Program-made: the position numbers and the translations under genes
Part shown: piece after piece, positions 40,786-48,943 of the stretch
Layout: the number at the start of each line of letters is the position of its first letter
Position numbering within the stretch: position 1 is the stretch's first letter
Notes under the pieces: generated by a model
Database searches by the model: none
What the model was told of the DNA's origin: nothing
Seen by the model: the letters and a program-made list of their open reading frames with translations, nothing else
Assembly (NCBI GenBank): GCA_964510025.1
Contig: CAZDZV010000004.1
Coordinates: forward strand, 64,611-128,610
Length of the DNA: 64,000 bases
Source: an uncultured Methanosarcinales archaeon
GTDB lineage: Archaea; Nanobdellota; Nanobdellia; Woesearchaeales; DATDXC01
Reading direction: 5' to 3'

Positions 40786-41417
40786 TTAGACCCCCCTATC
40801 AGTTTAAATCTATCAAGCAATTCCTTGCACACCTCTCGTTGGTTGAATTCACCCTTTTCCTCAATAAATACTTTTGTTTTTGGAATGAGTAGTGAAAAAA
40901 CAAGGTTGCTGCCCAGATGCACCGCCCCAAAAGGAAGCGCTGTCAAAAACAGGGTGAAGAATCCAAAAGGAAACATGAAAACTGAGCCGATATTCACAAC
41001 AACCTCAAAGATAAAGGTTGCAAGTGCCGAGATAAGCAGCAAATGCCATATTCTTGCTTTCTTCCCCAGAAAACCTCCAAGCCAGCCAGCTATCCCAAAG
41101 CCTATTGCCTGGAATAGGCTCCATACTCCTTGTCCCCCAAAAACAAGAAAATTAGAGGCATAAAGGGCTCCGGCGCCTGTGATAAATCCCTTTCTTTTCC
41201 CAAAAAGCCATCCCGCAAGGATCGCAAAGAAGGTTATTGGCTCTGCGCTCGGTACAGCCTGCATCGGCACCCTTAGTGCAGCAGCTCCCAGCGTGAATCC
41301 GACCAGCACAAGCCATTCTCTAAGCTTAAGTACCTGCAGCTGCTTCTGCAGCGACAGCTGCGCCAGCCTCTGCTTTGAATCTGACTTTTTCTTCTTTAGG
41401 ACTAATTTCTGGTTCAT
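40782..41417 (-). CDS. ECF transporter S-component, CbrT-like (cobalamin)
   Basis: 'ALRVPMQAVPSAEPITFFAILAGWLFG..GF..GA.ALYASNF..GGQGVWSLFQAIGFG'; SD GAGGA before ATG 41417; riboswitch upstream. Confidence 0.85.
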   Translation of the reverse strand: MNQKLVLKKKKSDSKQRLAQLSLQKQLQVLKLREWLVLVGFTLGAAALRVPMQAVPSAEPITFFAILAGWLFGKRKGFITGAGALYASNFLVFGGQGVWSLFQAIGFGIAGWLGGFLGKKARIWHLLLISALATFIFEVVVNIGSVFMFPFGFFTLFLTALPFGAVHLGSNLVFSLLIPKTKVFIEEKGEFNQREVCKELLDRFKLIGGSK

Positions 41418-41426
41418 AATATCCTC

Positions 41427-41537
41427 AGAGAAATCCGAAACCATCGGACTGCTCCACGATCCTTTGTTTCTGATAAGTGTTCCGGCTTTACGGTTGCGGG
41501 TCAGCGTTGGATTTCCACCATGCTTTCCTTTATCAGA
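41427..41537 (-). promoter_or_regulatory. Compact cobalamin riboswitch (aptamer 41469-41537) plus downstream P13-like hairpin (41427-41455)
   Basis: Minus strand TCTGATAA-AGGAAAGCA-TGGTGGAAATCCA-AC-GCTGACCCGC-AACCGTAAAGCCGG-AACAC-TTATCAGA; 8-bp closing helix; T-loop hairpin; CCC loop; ACCGTAA/AGCCGG B12-box. Confidence 0.85.
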
Positions 41538-41554
41538 TATAATCACTAAACATA

Positions 41555-41959
41555 TCAATTATAAAAACTTTTCGCTTGCTTCCATGGCAGCATTACGCAT
41601 TCGTCAGAGTCCATCATGCTATAGTCTGCTTTTCCGTTGAAGACAAATGTTTTTACCTCATTTCCCTTAAGGATCTCCCTTGCTTTCTTCAGGGTAGCTC
41701 CTGTCCGTGAAACATCATCAACAACAAGAATCTTCATGTTGCTTATACCTCGGAACTTCATAGCCAGCTTTGGCCCTCTGTGTTTTATCTTGTTTTTCTC
41801 ATCCCTGTATTCAAGCCATAGGATATCCATGGGTATCTTTAGGATAGATTGGATCATGCCCCCAAGTATTACCCCACCAGAGCCTATCGCCACTATCATA
41901 TCAAATTCCCCGAACCTTATCTCTTTTAGCCTGGAAAAAAGCTCCTCAAAACTTATCAT
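41555..41959 (-). CDS. Type I phosphoribosyltransferase (purine PRTase-like, short)
   Basis: 'IVAIGSGG' and PRPP loop 'ILVVDDVSRTGATL', C-terminal 'LPW'; start reassigned to ATG 41959. Confidence 0.85.
   Translation of the reverse strand: MISFEELFSRLKEIRFGEFDMIVAIGSGGVILGGMIQSILKIPMDILWLEYRDEKNKIKHRGPKLAMKFRGISNMKILVVDDVSRTGATLKKAREILKGNEVKTFVFNGKADYSMMDSDECVMLPWKQAKSFYN
41558..41574 (-). promoter_or_regulatory. BRE/TATA promoter for the riboswitch-led operon
   Basis: Minus strand CGAAAAG-TTTTTATAAT about 20-25 nt upstream of the aptamer 5' end; overlaps the 3' end of the PRTase gene. Confidence 0.65.
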
Positions 41960-42435
41960 CGTATAGTTCCTGTCTTCTTGTATGTAAGCCAGGCAAGCCA
42001 TCCCCATAGTATATCTGAGAAGAATAGGGCTATTATGACGCCATGCACCACCTTTACAGGCATTCCTGCCAGATATATGTCTGAATAGTAAAGCCATGGC
42101 ATCTGTATGAGATAAGCAGCCAAGATGCAAAGCATAGCATGCCATCTCATCCTGAAGAACAGTCCGGCACAAAACCCAAGTATAATATTTCCAACAATGA
42201 TATAGGGGTTTCCCATGGAGATGGCCGTAAATAAGGAGCCAACGCCTCCTGAAACCAGGCCGCCTAGAGGACCGTACATGAAAGCTGCCAAGAATACCAG
42301 GTATTGGAATATATGGATCTTAAATCCCCATACAGTGGGAAGATTGATCATCCCGAAAAAATTAGGCAGTATAGCTAAAAAAGCAAGCATACTGATGGAT
42401 CTAAAGGAATATCTGAACCTGATAAGATTTTCCAT
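41956..42435 (-). CDS. ECF transporter S-component, substrate unknown
   Basis: 'KIHIFQYLVFLAAFMYGPLGGLVSGGVGS' S-component pattern; about 5-6 TM; start reassigned to ATG 42435. Confidence 0.8.
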   Translation of the reverse strand: MENLIRFRYSFRSISMLAFLAILPNFFGMINLPTVWGFKIHIFQYLVFLAAFMYGPLGGLVSGGVGSLFTAISMGNPYIIVGNIILGFCAGLFFRMRWHAMLCILAAYLIQMPWLYYSDIYLAGMPVKVVHGVIIALFFSDILWGWLAWLTYKKTGTIR

Positions 42436-42513
42436 GAAAATACAAAACTGGTTCTGATATAAATACCTTACTGTTTCAAAAGCTTTAAATATAGAGATTC
42501 TCAGGACTGTCTT

Positions 42514-43380
42514 ATGTTGATTGTAGGCTGCTCTCATGGAACCCATCTTGCAAAAAAAGTAGCAAGGAAGCTGCATAAGAGCTATCATGAGCTGGAATTT
42601 ACAAGGTTCCCCGATTCTGAGATAAAACTAAGGTTTAGATGCCCTGTGAAGAACCGCTATGTCTTCCTGGTGCAGTCCTTCTACGGAAACGTGAATGACT
42701 GCATAGTCGAGGTCCTTTTTGCGGCAGAGACTGCCCGCGACCTGGGTGCAAAGGAGGTGATCCTGGCAGCCCCTTATTTTCCCTATCTGCGCCAGGATAA
42801 GCGATTCAATCATGGGGAATGCATCTCCCTAAGGACAATCGCCAAGAATATCGATGAAGACTTCGACAAAATAATGATAATCGATCCCCATCTGCATAGG
42901 GAAAAGACCCTGGAGCATATCTTCCGCATAAAATCAAAGAGACTGACTGCAAACCCACTGATCGAAGATTATATCAAAAAGAAGATAAAGGATCCCCTTA
43001 TTATCGGCCCGGACTGGGAAAGCTATAAGTGGGCCCAGAAGGTTGCCGAAAATATCGGATGCGATTTTGCGATAATGGAGAAAGAAAGGCATTCTGCAAG
43101 AAAAGTAGAGGTAACTCTGAACAAGAGGATAAGCATAAAGAATAAAAATCTTGTTTTTATAGATGATATGATCTCTACAGGCCATACCCTTTTGGAAGCT
43201 ATAAAAGCTATGAAAAGGTTAGGGGCAAAAAAGGTAACATGCTTTGCTGTGCATGGCATTCTGGTTGAGAACGCCCTTCAGAAGCTAAAAAAAGCAGGGG
43301 CAGAAGTCATCACCACGAACACCATCCCAAATAAGGCTGCAAAGATTGATGTATCTGGGTTATTGGCATCGGCTATCTGA
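42514..43380 (+). CDS. prs: Ribose-phosphate pyrophosphokinase
   Basis: 'FPDSE', 'PYFPYLRQDKRF', 'IIGPD', 'FIDDMISTGHT', 'HGI'. Confidence 0.95.
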   Translation: MLIVGCSHGTHLAKKVARKLHKSYHELEFTRFPDSEIKLRFRCPVKNRYVFLVQSFYGNVNDCIVEVLFAAETARDLGAKEVILAAPYFPYLRQDKRFNHGECISLRTIAKNIDEDFDKIMIIDPHLHREKTLEHIFRIKSKRLTANPLIEDYIKKKIKDPLIIGPDWESYKWAQKVAENIGCDFAIMEKERHSARKVEVTLNKRISIKNKNLVFIDDMISTGHTLLEAIKAMKRLGAKKVTCFAVHGILVENALQKLKKAGAEVITTNTIPNKAAKIDVSGLLASAI

Positions 43381-44179
43381 AGAAAAAAGAGCTATCCTGT
43401 GAACCGTTGTCTAAAAATTCTCTAAGCTGGCTGCTGTGCCGGTCATCTTTTAGTGCATTTATCTGTCCTTCTATTGCCCCACGAAGCCTGGTGGCTGTCT
43501 GACTCATATCACGCCTTACAGAGGCATGATAGAACCTTATAAGGTTTTCTATCCTGGATTCCGGGCTGCTCTCAAGACCTTTGTTGGCATAGCTGACCAT
43601 CGCATCTACAGCTTCATCATATGTTTTCCGGCCGGCCGACATAGCATAATCCAAAACATTGTCAAAGGTCTTTATGTCAGCCAGGTCAAGCCTCTTGGCA
43701 AAAGTTGCCAGCAATTCTTCTGAACAAAAACCTTTTTGCCTGGCGCTATCTACAGCATGTGACAGTTCCATTCCTATATCATCTGCCTGTTCCCTGCCTG
43801 TACAGATAGCAGCTCTCCTGTAAAGTGCGCATACCTCGTCATCTGGACAATTGTGACCATGAAATGCCTCTGCTAACGCTACATACATCATGCCCCTGGC
43901 CTGCCTCCTGCTCAGCTTTTGTCTTGGTGAAACACCATGCTCCAGGTCACCTGGAAAGCAGTCTCCCCAGTTTGCCCTCACAACCTCTATGCTGTCTAAG
44001 GTAAGATCCCTCATGACCAAGGAATACACATGCGCCCTTCTCAGACCAGGTGCACGTTGGGCAGCGAACCCTATTGCTTCGCAAACAGATTCTGGGGATA
44101 GCACTTCGCTTCTTCCAGTCAGTTCATTGTAAAGGGCTGTATAAGCATTTTCACGCATTTTACGAAAAGAGAAAATCAT
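43373..44179 (-). CDS. Hypothetical helical protein
   Basis: Long ORF, no motif recognised. Confidence 0.6.
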   Translation of the reverse strand: MIFSFRKMRENAYTALYNELTGRSEVLSPESVCEAIGFAAQRAPGLRRAHVYSLVMRDLTLDSIEVVRANWGDCFPGDLEHGVSPRQKLSRRQARGMMYVALAEAFHGHNCPDDEVCALYRRAAICTGREQADDIGMELSHAVDSARQKGFCSEELLATFAKRLDLADIKTFDNVLDYAMSAGRKTYDEAVDAMVSYANKGLESSPESRIENLIRFYHASVRRDMSQTATRLRGAIEGQINALKDDRHSSQLREFLDNGSQDSSFFFR

Positions 44180-44224
44180 CTCATATTTAAGCCTTTCTAT
44201 TTTATTACTATCAATAAGTAGTTA

Positions 44225-45673
44225 CTAATAGCTCTTACCAAAATATGTCCAGAATCTGGGTTTATTGTCGCATAGGATGCATCTATCAGGCAGTCTATCC
44301 TGCTTGAAAGGTATGCACCTGGAGCCAGCCCCGCCTGTCCTGTCCCTTATCAGGTCCTCGCAGGCCTCATCCCCGCAAAATGGGACTAACGCAACCTTTC
44401 TTTTCTTGATGATTTCCACGAATTCTCTCCAGTCTTCTGTTTTCTCTATGCTTGAATCTAGGTATCTTTTTGCTTTTTCAAACAATGCTTTCTGGATATC
44501 TTCTAGGACTGCCTTTGCTTTTTTCTGCAGACCATCTATCTTTACCGGCTGTTTTTTTCCATTATCCCTCCTTACCAGGATAACCTGATTCTTTTCTATA
44601 TCCTTCGGTCCTATCTCAATCCGCAAAGGTATCCCTTTTAGTTCCCATTCATTGAACTTCCATCCAGGATTGTATTCATCTCTGGCATCCACTACAGCAG
44701 ACTTCAGCATCTTTCTGATATCATCTGCTTTCTTGACTATTTTGTCTTTGTTTTCAGCCTTAAATATGGGCACTATGACAATTTGCACCTCAGCAATAGC
44801 CGGCGGCAGCACTAATCCCTTGTCATCGCTGTGTGTCATCACCAGTCCGCCGATCATCCTTGTTGAGATGCCCCAAGAATTATGGTATGGATAATGCTCC
44901 TTCTTATCCCTTCCTATATAGCTGATGCCGAAGCTTTTCACGAACCCCTGCCCCAGGTCATGGGTGGTGCCCATCTGAAGGAATTTACCGTCAGGCATAA
45001 ATGCCTCTATGGTATATGTATTCTCTGCACCTGCAAACTTCTCCTTGCTTGTTTTTCTTCCTGTAAGTACCGGAACAGCGAGCATATCCTCGCATATCCT
45101 TCTGTATTCATGAAGATAATCCAGGACCTCTTTTTCATTCTCTTCTTTTTTCTCGTACAGGCAGTGGCCTTCCTGCCATAGGAACTCCCTTGATCGCAAA
45201 AACAGCTTGGTAGCTTTGGTTTCCCACCTTACAACAGAGCACCATTGGTTAATCTTCAGGGGCAGGTCCCTGTAGCTCCTGATCCATCTTTTGAATGAGT
45301 CGCACATGATGGTCTCAGACGTGGGTCTGATGGCCAGCTTTTCCTCTAATTTCCTGTGGCCCGCATGCGTTACCCATGCCACTTCTGGATTGAAGCCCAC
45401 AGCATGCTCTTTCTCCTTTTCGAAAAATCTTTCAGGTATAAATAGGGGAAAATAGCAGTTTCTTACGTTATATTTTTTCAGGACATCGTTAAAACGGTCC
45501 TGTATCATCTGCCATATAGCAAATCCGTTGGGCCTTATTACCATGCATCCCTTCACAGCAGAAAACTCAGCCAGCTCTGCTTTCAGGACAACCTGCTCGA
45601 ACCATTCAGGCATATCCTCGGATTTCCTGACACCTATACCCAATGTATCCTTTTTTTCTCCCATGCCCATCAT
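44225..45673 (-). CDS. proS: Proline--tRNA ligase (archaeal/eukaryotic type)
   Basis: 'IRPTSET', 'LPLKINQW', 'FLRSREFLWQEGH', 'SWGISTR', C-terminal 'FGKSY'. Confidence 0.97.
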   Translation of the reverse strand: MMGMGEKKDTLGIGVRKSEDMPEWFEQVVLKAELAEFSAVKGCMVIRPNGFAIWQMIQDRFNDVLKKYNVRNCYFPLFIPERFFEKEKEHAVGFNPEVAWVTHAGHRKLEEKLAIRPTSETIMCDSFKRWIRSYRDLPLKINQWCSVVRWETKATKLFLRSREFLWQEGHCLYEKKEENEKEVLDYLHEYRRICEDMLAVPVLTGRKTSKEKFAGAENTYTIEAFMPDGKFLQMGTTHDLGQGFVKSFGISYIGRDKKEHYPYHNSWGISTRMIGGLVMTHSDDKGLVLPPAIAEVQIVIVPIFKAENKDKIVKKADDIRKMLKSAVVDARDEYNPGWKFNEWELKGIPLRIEIGPKDIEKNQVILVRRDNGKKQPVKIDGLQKKAKAVLEDIQKALFEKAKRYLDSSIEKTEDWREFVEIIKKRKVALVPFCGDEACEDLIRDRTGGAGSRCIPFKQDRLPDRCILCDNKPRFWTYFGKSY

Positions 45674-45696
45674 CTATCGCCAATGTTTAATAAGCT

Positions 45697-46728
45697 TTAC
45701 TCTAAGACAATGTTCTCGCTCTTGACAACAACCGTGCCTTTCTTCCCGGCTAGCCGTATTACCTGCTCTGAAGAGTAGTCTGTTATACCTTTTGCTATGC
45801 TGTTGATGTCTACTATTGAATTTTTCTCAAAATGCCCTTCTGCGGTTCTTATGCCTATAGACAGCAGGCTGCGCTTGTTTTTGACAGCCTTCTCTGCACC
45901 CTTATCGATCAGTATCCGGCCTTCTGACTTTGAAAACTTTATCCATCTTTCCTTGTTTTTGAGCCTGCCGGAGGCAATGAACAACGTTCCCTCTTCTCCT
46001 GCCAAAGCCTTCTTAAGTATGCTTTTTTTTCTGCCGTTGCATACCACCACATTACATCCTGATTCCATCGCCATCTTGGCTGCTCTTATCTTGGATACCA
46101 TGCCGCCTATTGCGAAAACACTCCCGGATTTCCCTGCCATCATCTCGATTTCCCTTGTGATCTTGGTGACATTCTTCACAAGCTTTGCATCTTTGCTTGT
46201 TTTGGGATTTTTGTCGTACAATCCGTCTATGTCGCTGAGCATTATGAGCATGTCTGCATTTACCTTTCCTGCGACCAGTGCCGACAGTTTATCATTATCT
46301 CCAAAGGTTGCACCTATCTCGTCGACACTTATTGGGTCGTTCTCATTTATGATCGGCACGACATGGAGCTCAAGAAGCTTGTTTATTGCTTTCCTGAGGT
46401 TAAGATACCTGTTCCTGTTTGAAAAATCTTCATACGTCAGCAGTATTTGGGCCACCTTTATGCTATAGCGGGAAAAGGCATCATGGTAGGCCCTCATCAC
46501 TGTGCTCTGCCCTACAGAGGCCAGTGCCTGCCTGACCTCTATCTGCCTTGATTTCTTCAAGCCAAGCTCTGTGCAGCCCGCGCCTATAGCGCCTGATGTG
46601 ACGATGATCAGCTCATGCCCCCTTAACGAGGATATCTGCCTGGCAATATCCCTGATAAATTCATCACGCAATCCGCATAATCCTTCTTTTGTAAGAAGGT
46701 TTGTGCCTATCTTTATCACGATCCTCAT
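45697..46728 (-). CDS. proB: Glutamate 5-kinase with PUA domain
   Basis: 'IVIKIGT', 'VTSGAIGAG', 'PIINEND', 'FGDNDKLSA', 'GGMVSK'. Confidence 0.96.
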   Translation of the reverse strand: MRIVIKIGTNLLTKEGLCGLRDEFIRDIARQISSLRGHELIIVTSGAIGAGCTELGLKKSRQIEVRQALASVGQSTVMRAYHDAFSRYSIKVAQILLTYEDFSNRNRYLNLRKAINKLLELHVVPIINENDPISVDEIGATFGDNDKLSALVAGKVNADMLIMLSDIDGLYDKNPKTSKDAKLVKNVTKITREIEMMAGKSGSVFAIGGMVSKIRAAKMAMESGCNVVVCNGRKKSILKKALAGEEGTLFIASGRLKNKERWIKFSKSEGRILIDKGAEKAVKNKRSLLSIGIRTAEGHFEKNSIVDINSIAKGITDYSSEQVIRLAGKKGTVVVKSENIVLE

Positions 46729-47996
46729 TTTATCCTCTTATGCATAAACTTCCTCTTGCCCGCGTATTCAGATACGATATGGCCGTCTCCTACCAGCACA
46801 TATTTGTATATGACAAGGCCTTCCAGACCGACCGGGCCTCTTGCGTGGACCTTGTTGGTGGATATGCCTACCTCTGCGCCTAGACCATACCTGAAACCGT
46901 CGCTGAAACGTGTTGATGCGTTCCACAGTACAGACGACGAGTCAACTGCCTGAAGAAAAGCCTTTGCAGTCTTCTTATCTTCTGTGACGATTGCATCGGT
47001 GTGGCCTGAGCCGTGCCTGTTGATATGCTCGATTGCCTCCTGTACGCCGCTCACCACCTTTACCGAGACTATGAGGTCTGTATACTCAGTTTTCCAGTCC
47101 TTCTCGGTTGCTTTTTTAGCATCTATAAACTTCCTTGTAGCAGCATCCCCTCTTATTTCGACACCTGCTTCCCGGTACATCTTAGCGATCTTTGGCAGGA
47201 AGGCGGATGCAGCAGATTTATGGACCAGCAGTGTTTCCATGGCGTTGCATACAGCCGGATATTGGCATTTGGCATCGTAGCTGATCCTGGCTGCCTTGGC
47301 TATATCTGCTCCCTTGTCAACATACACATGGCATATCCCTTCTGAATGGCCCAGCACTGCGATCTTCGTATTGTTCTGGATATATTTGACAAACTTGTTG
47401 GAGCCTCTGGGTATTATAAGGTCTATAAATTCATCCATCCTCAGTATCATCCTTACATCCTGTCTGGTCTCCAGAAGCTGGATCGCATTCTCTGGAATTC
47501 CGTTGTCTTTTATTGATCTTCTGATAATCTTAACAAGCGCCTTGTTTGTATTTATCGCCTCTTTGCCGCCCTTAAGCAGCACAGCGTTTCCGGATTTGAT
47601 AGCTAAGGCAGAGATCTGTACAACAACCTCGGGCCTAGATTCAAATATACAGGCAATTACCCCTATCGGGACAGAAATCTTCTCCAGGGTAAGCCCCTTA
47701 TCAAGTATTGTCTTGGCTAATGTCCTACCAACAGGATCTTCCAGCTTTGCCACTGATCTCACCATCTTTGCCATGTCCCTTATCTTAGCTTCATCCACCT
47801 TAAGCCTTTTGAGCAGTGGGTCTGGGATACTGCCTCTGCTTTTCTCAATATCTTTTCTGTTGGCGTCTAATATCTCTTTCTTATGCGCTATAAGGTCCTG
47901 GGCAAGCTCAAAAAGGGTAAAATTTTTTGTATCCTTTGCAGCTATAGCTAATCTGAGCGACGCTTCTTTTGCATTTTCGCATTTGTCTACAATCAT
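46725..47996 (-). CDS. proA: Gamma-glutamyl phosphate reductase
   Basis: 'VPIGVIACIFESRP', 'CNAMETLL', 'HGSGHTD', 'NASTRFSDG...GAEVGIST..HARGPVGL'. Confidence 0.97.
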   Translation of the reverse strand: MIVDKCENAKEASLRLAIAAKDTKNFTLFELAQDLIAHKKEILDANRKDIEKSRGSIPDPLLKRLKVDEAKIRDMAKMVRSVAKLEDPVGRTLAKTILDKGLTLEKISVPIGVIACIFESRPEVVVQISALAIKSGNAVLLKGGKEAINTNKALVKIIRRSIKDNGIPENAIQLLETRQDVRMILRMDEFIDLIIPRGSNKFVKYIQNNTKIAVLGHSEGICHVYVDKGADIAKAARISYDAKCQYPAVCNAMETLLVHKSAASAFLPKIAKMYREAGVEIRGDAATRKFIDAKKATEKDWKTEYTDLIVSVKVVSGVQEAIEHINRHGSGHTDAIVTEDKKTAKAFLQAVDSSSVLWNASTRFSDGFRYGLGAEVGISTNKVHARGPVGLEGLVIYKYVLVGDGHIVSEYAGKRKFMHKRIK

Positions 47997-48778
47997 CTTC
48001 CCAGCTCCTTGCTTCTTTCGGTTGCTCTTTTGATCGCCTTGATGAGGATTTCCTTAACATCTGAGCCCTCGATAATCTCTCTGCCGGCCACGGTTGTGCC
48101 GTTAGGGCTGCTCACCATCGTAACCAGCTCTTCAGGCTCCATTCCTGTCTTCTGCAGCAGCGCAGCTGTGCCCTTGAAAGTCTGGATTGCCAGCTCGGAT
48201 GCCACATCCTTGCTCAATCCTGATTGCATGCCGCCTTCTACCATTGCCTCGATAAGCCTGGCTACAAAGGCAGGCCCAGAGCCGCTAAGCCCGGTCACCG
48301 CATCTAACAGCTCTTCATCCAGCAGGAAAGCTCTTCCCGCTGAATTCAGTAGGTCTTCAACAATCCTTATATCCTTTTTTCCGACTTTTTTCCCTACTGC
48401 GAAACCAGCTGCCATCTCCCCGACCAGACAGGGTGTGTTGGGCATCACCCTAACCACCTTGGCCTTGAGCTTTGATTCAAGCTTCTGGATCCTGATGCCT
48501 GCAGCTATGGATATGATCAGCTGGTCCTTCACAGTTATCTCTTCCAGAACTGAGTCTATATGCTGGGGCTTCACAGCGATGATTATAATATCTGATTTTG
48601 CCACCACTTCCTTGTTATCTGCAGCAATCTGAACACCCAGCTCTTTCTTGAAGACCTTGAGCCTTCTGTCGTTGATATCTGATGCGATTACAGAGCTAGC
48701 CAGCTTCGCCTGAATAACAGCCTTGGCCAAAGCATAGGCCATATTTCCAGCTCCGATAAACCCTATCTTATACATCAT
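47993..48778 (-). CDS. proC: Pyrroline-5-carboxylate reductase
   Basis: 'GFIGAGNMA', 'AVKPQ', 'RVMPNTP', 'TGLSGSGPA', 'VSSPNGTT'. Confidence 0.97.
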   Translation of the reverse strand: MMYKIGFIGAGNMAYALAKAVIQAKLASSVIASDINDRRLKVFKKELGVQIAADNKEVVAKSDIIIIAVKPQHIDSVLEEITVKDQLIISIAAGIRIQKLESKLKAKVVRVMPNTPCLVGEMAAGFAVGKKVGKKDIRIVEDLLNSAGRAFLLDEELLDAVTGLSGSGPAFVARLIEAMVEGGMQSGLSKDVASELAIQTFKGTAALLQKTGMEPEELVTMVSSPNGTTVAGREIIEGSDVKEILIKAIKRATERSKELGR

Positions 48779-48943
48779 AAAGCACCTTCTGTCCTGTATA
48801 TATAAATTTTTTTATAAAAAGAGTTTAAACTAGAGAAATCAGCCCGGAAAACAATCAGCTCGCTGCATGATCAATAGGAAATTGGCTTTTATTTTTAAAG
48901 CTTATTACAAATATTTATAAATAGGCTGGGATAAGTTTACACT

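Noticed and set aside
41418..41558. N-terminal extension of the S-component ORF (track start 41558) reading through the riboswitch
   Set aside because: The TTG start lies at the TATA box, upstream of the likely TSS; ATG 41417 has a proper SD and the extension is better explained as structured RNA
41960..42172. Track N-terminal extension of the PRTase ORF
   Set aside because: Overlaps the S-component gene in another frame; ATGA coupling at 41956-41959 gives the plausible start
47296..48632. Long antisense ORFs (e.g. 47296-48033, 48009-48632; also 45797-46468 and many opposite the giant gene)
   Set aside because: Shadow frames of well-supported genes, Ser/Phe/Leu/Ile-rich with no motifs
48779..48943. 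T-box or attenuator upstream of proCAB-proS
   Set aside because: AT-rich divergent promoter region without T-box motif or terminator/antiterminator
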